From positions 1 through 64,000 of the forward strand of contig JBJCIZ010000035.1 in NCBI GenBank assembly GCA_051294375.1: 64,000 nt of DNA, given 5' to 3'. The notes beneath the pieces are model-generated. The model saw only the letters and a list, made by a program, of their open reading frames with translations. It had not been told where the DNA came from and made no database searches. Positions 63,011 through 64,000 of the stretch are shown one piece after another (the first letter of the stretch is position 1; each line of letters starts with the position of its first letter). A program made the position numbers and the translations under genes. This DNA is from Paraspadella gotoi (taxonomy: Eukaryota; Animalia; Chaetognatha).

Positions 63011-64000
63011 TGTCGGCGAGCAAGAGTGGAATCTGTCGGAATGCTTGCAGCTGGACACCACCCCCCCCTTACGCGGCGTCGACTTCAAAGAGCAGGTTAC
63101 CATGCCCCCAAAGATCCCGGCCAATTGGACGTCGTTGAAACAGGCTTGGCCCTGTTTAGCCTCACAACCTCCCCCTCTGCTGCTTCAACATCGACGTGTA
63201 ACGCGGTGTCTCTCCCATACCCCTTCCTTACGAACTGCCACGCCCACTTCCGGTTCAAGATGAGACGCAACGACGATAAACGCTAATTAAACATCTAGAT
63301 TAGACGGAAAATGAGGCGTACACAACACCTCGCAAAAACATCGCAAAATAAAAAAATTCCCAATATTCTATGCATGGCGGACAAGACGTCGAGTTCTCCT
63401 CGCTCATGGGTTTGAGGGTAAGGGAAACTTCACACTCACCCAGCACTCACCATTGCTGTAAATATTGTAATATTTTTTTTTTAAATGCATTCCGTCACCT
63501 TTTTAAAATATCTTAAAATGTCTTAAAATGTCCCTTTATTTGTCTCCGTCAAATTCGTTTTAGCTTAGCTCGCGTCTCTGTACTGTCAAAAATTTTACGA
63601 TTATTGTATTGATTGATCATTGATAGGGTATTGCATAAAAATTGTAAAAATACTGATTTTTTTCATTCGATGGTTTTAAACCTTATATTAGGCCTAACGA
63701 AGTGTACTTTAATCATTAATTCAAAGTTTGACTTTTAAATATTTGATTTACGCCAACTGATTTACGTCAATTTGGAGTAACGTTTCTGCCTCTTTACTAC
63801 TGTCAAGGATATTCAACCAAAATTTTTTAAAACGCTTTTTTCTAATTAAGAATACATTGTAGTATTGGATTCAGATTTGATTTCTTTTTTTTTACGTGTT
63901 GTTGGCGCTGGTGGCGTAAAAACTACGCCAAAACGTATTATTTCCTAATTACATATGTAGCGTTAATGATTTTTTAAAAAAAAATTTAAAATATATAAAA

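Overview
AT-rich, repeat-dense eukaryotic (invertebrate-like) genomic DNA. The only recognisable host gene is SLC30A9/ZnT9 on the + strand: six intact internal exons lie between 15209 and 49976, and the N- and C-terminal exons were not found. Two near-identical tandem duplications of about 8 and 9 kb (12.7-20.6k vs 20.7-28.6k; 26.2-35.5k vs 35.5-44.9k) create frameshifted extra exon copies and, with three 25-N gaps, are probably assembly artefacts. The introns and flanks hold at least three DINE-1/Helentron-like non-autonomous families with internal minisatellites and three TIR families with TAG...CTA ends and 7-bp TSDs, nested with a Kolobok-like TTAA element. Also present are an L1/Tx1 ORF2 remnant, a decayed LTR/gag-like remnant, tRNA-like SINE heads and a telomere-like 17-mer array. 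The most notable signal is a dispersed short element carrying Penelope-type minimal hammerhead ribozyme motifs (CTGATGA-A-stem II-GAAACATGTC), with apparently intact copies, core-mutated copies and an inverted pair. Family assignments come from recalled motifs, not database searches.
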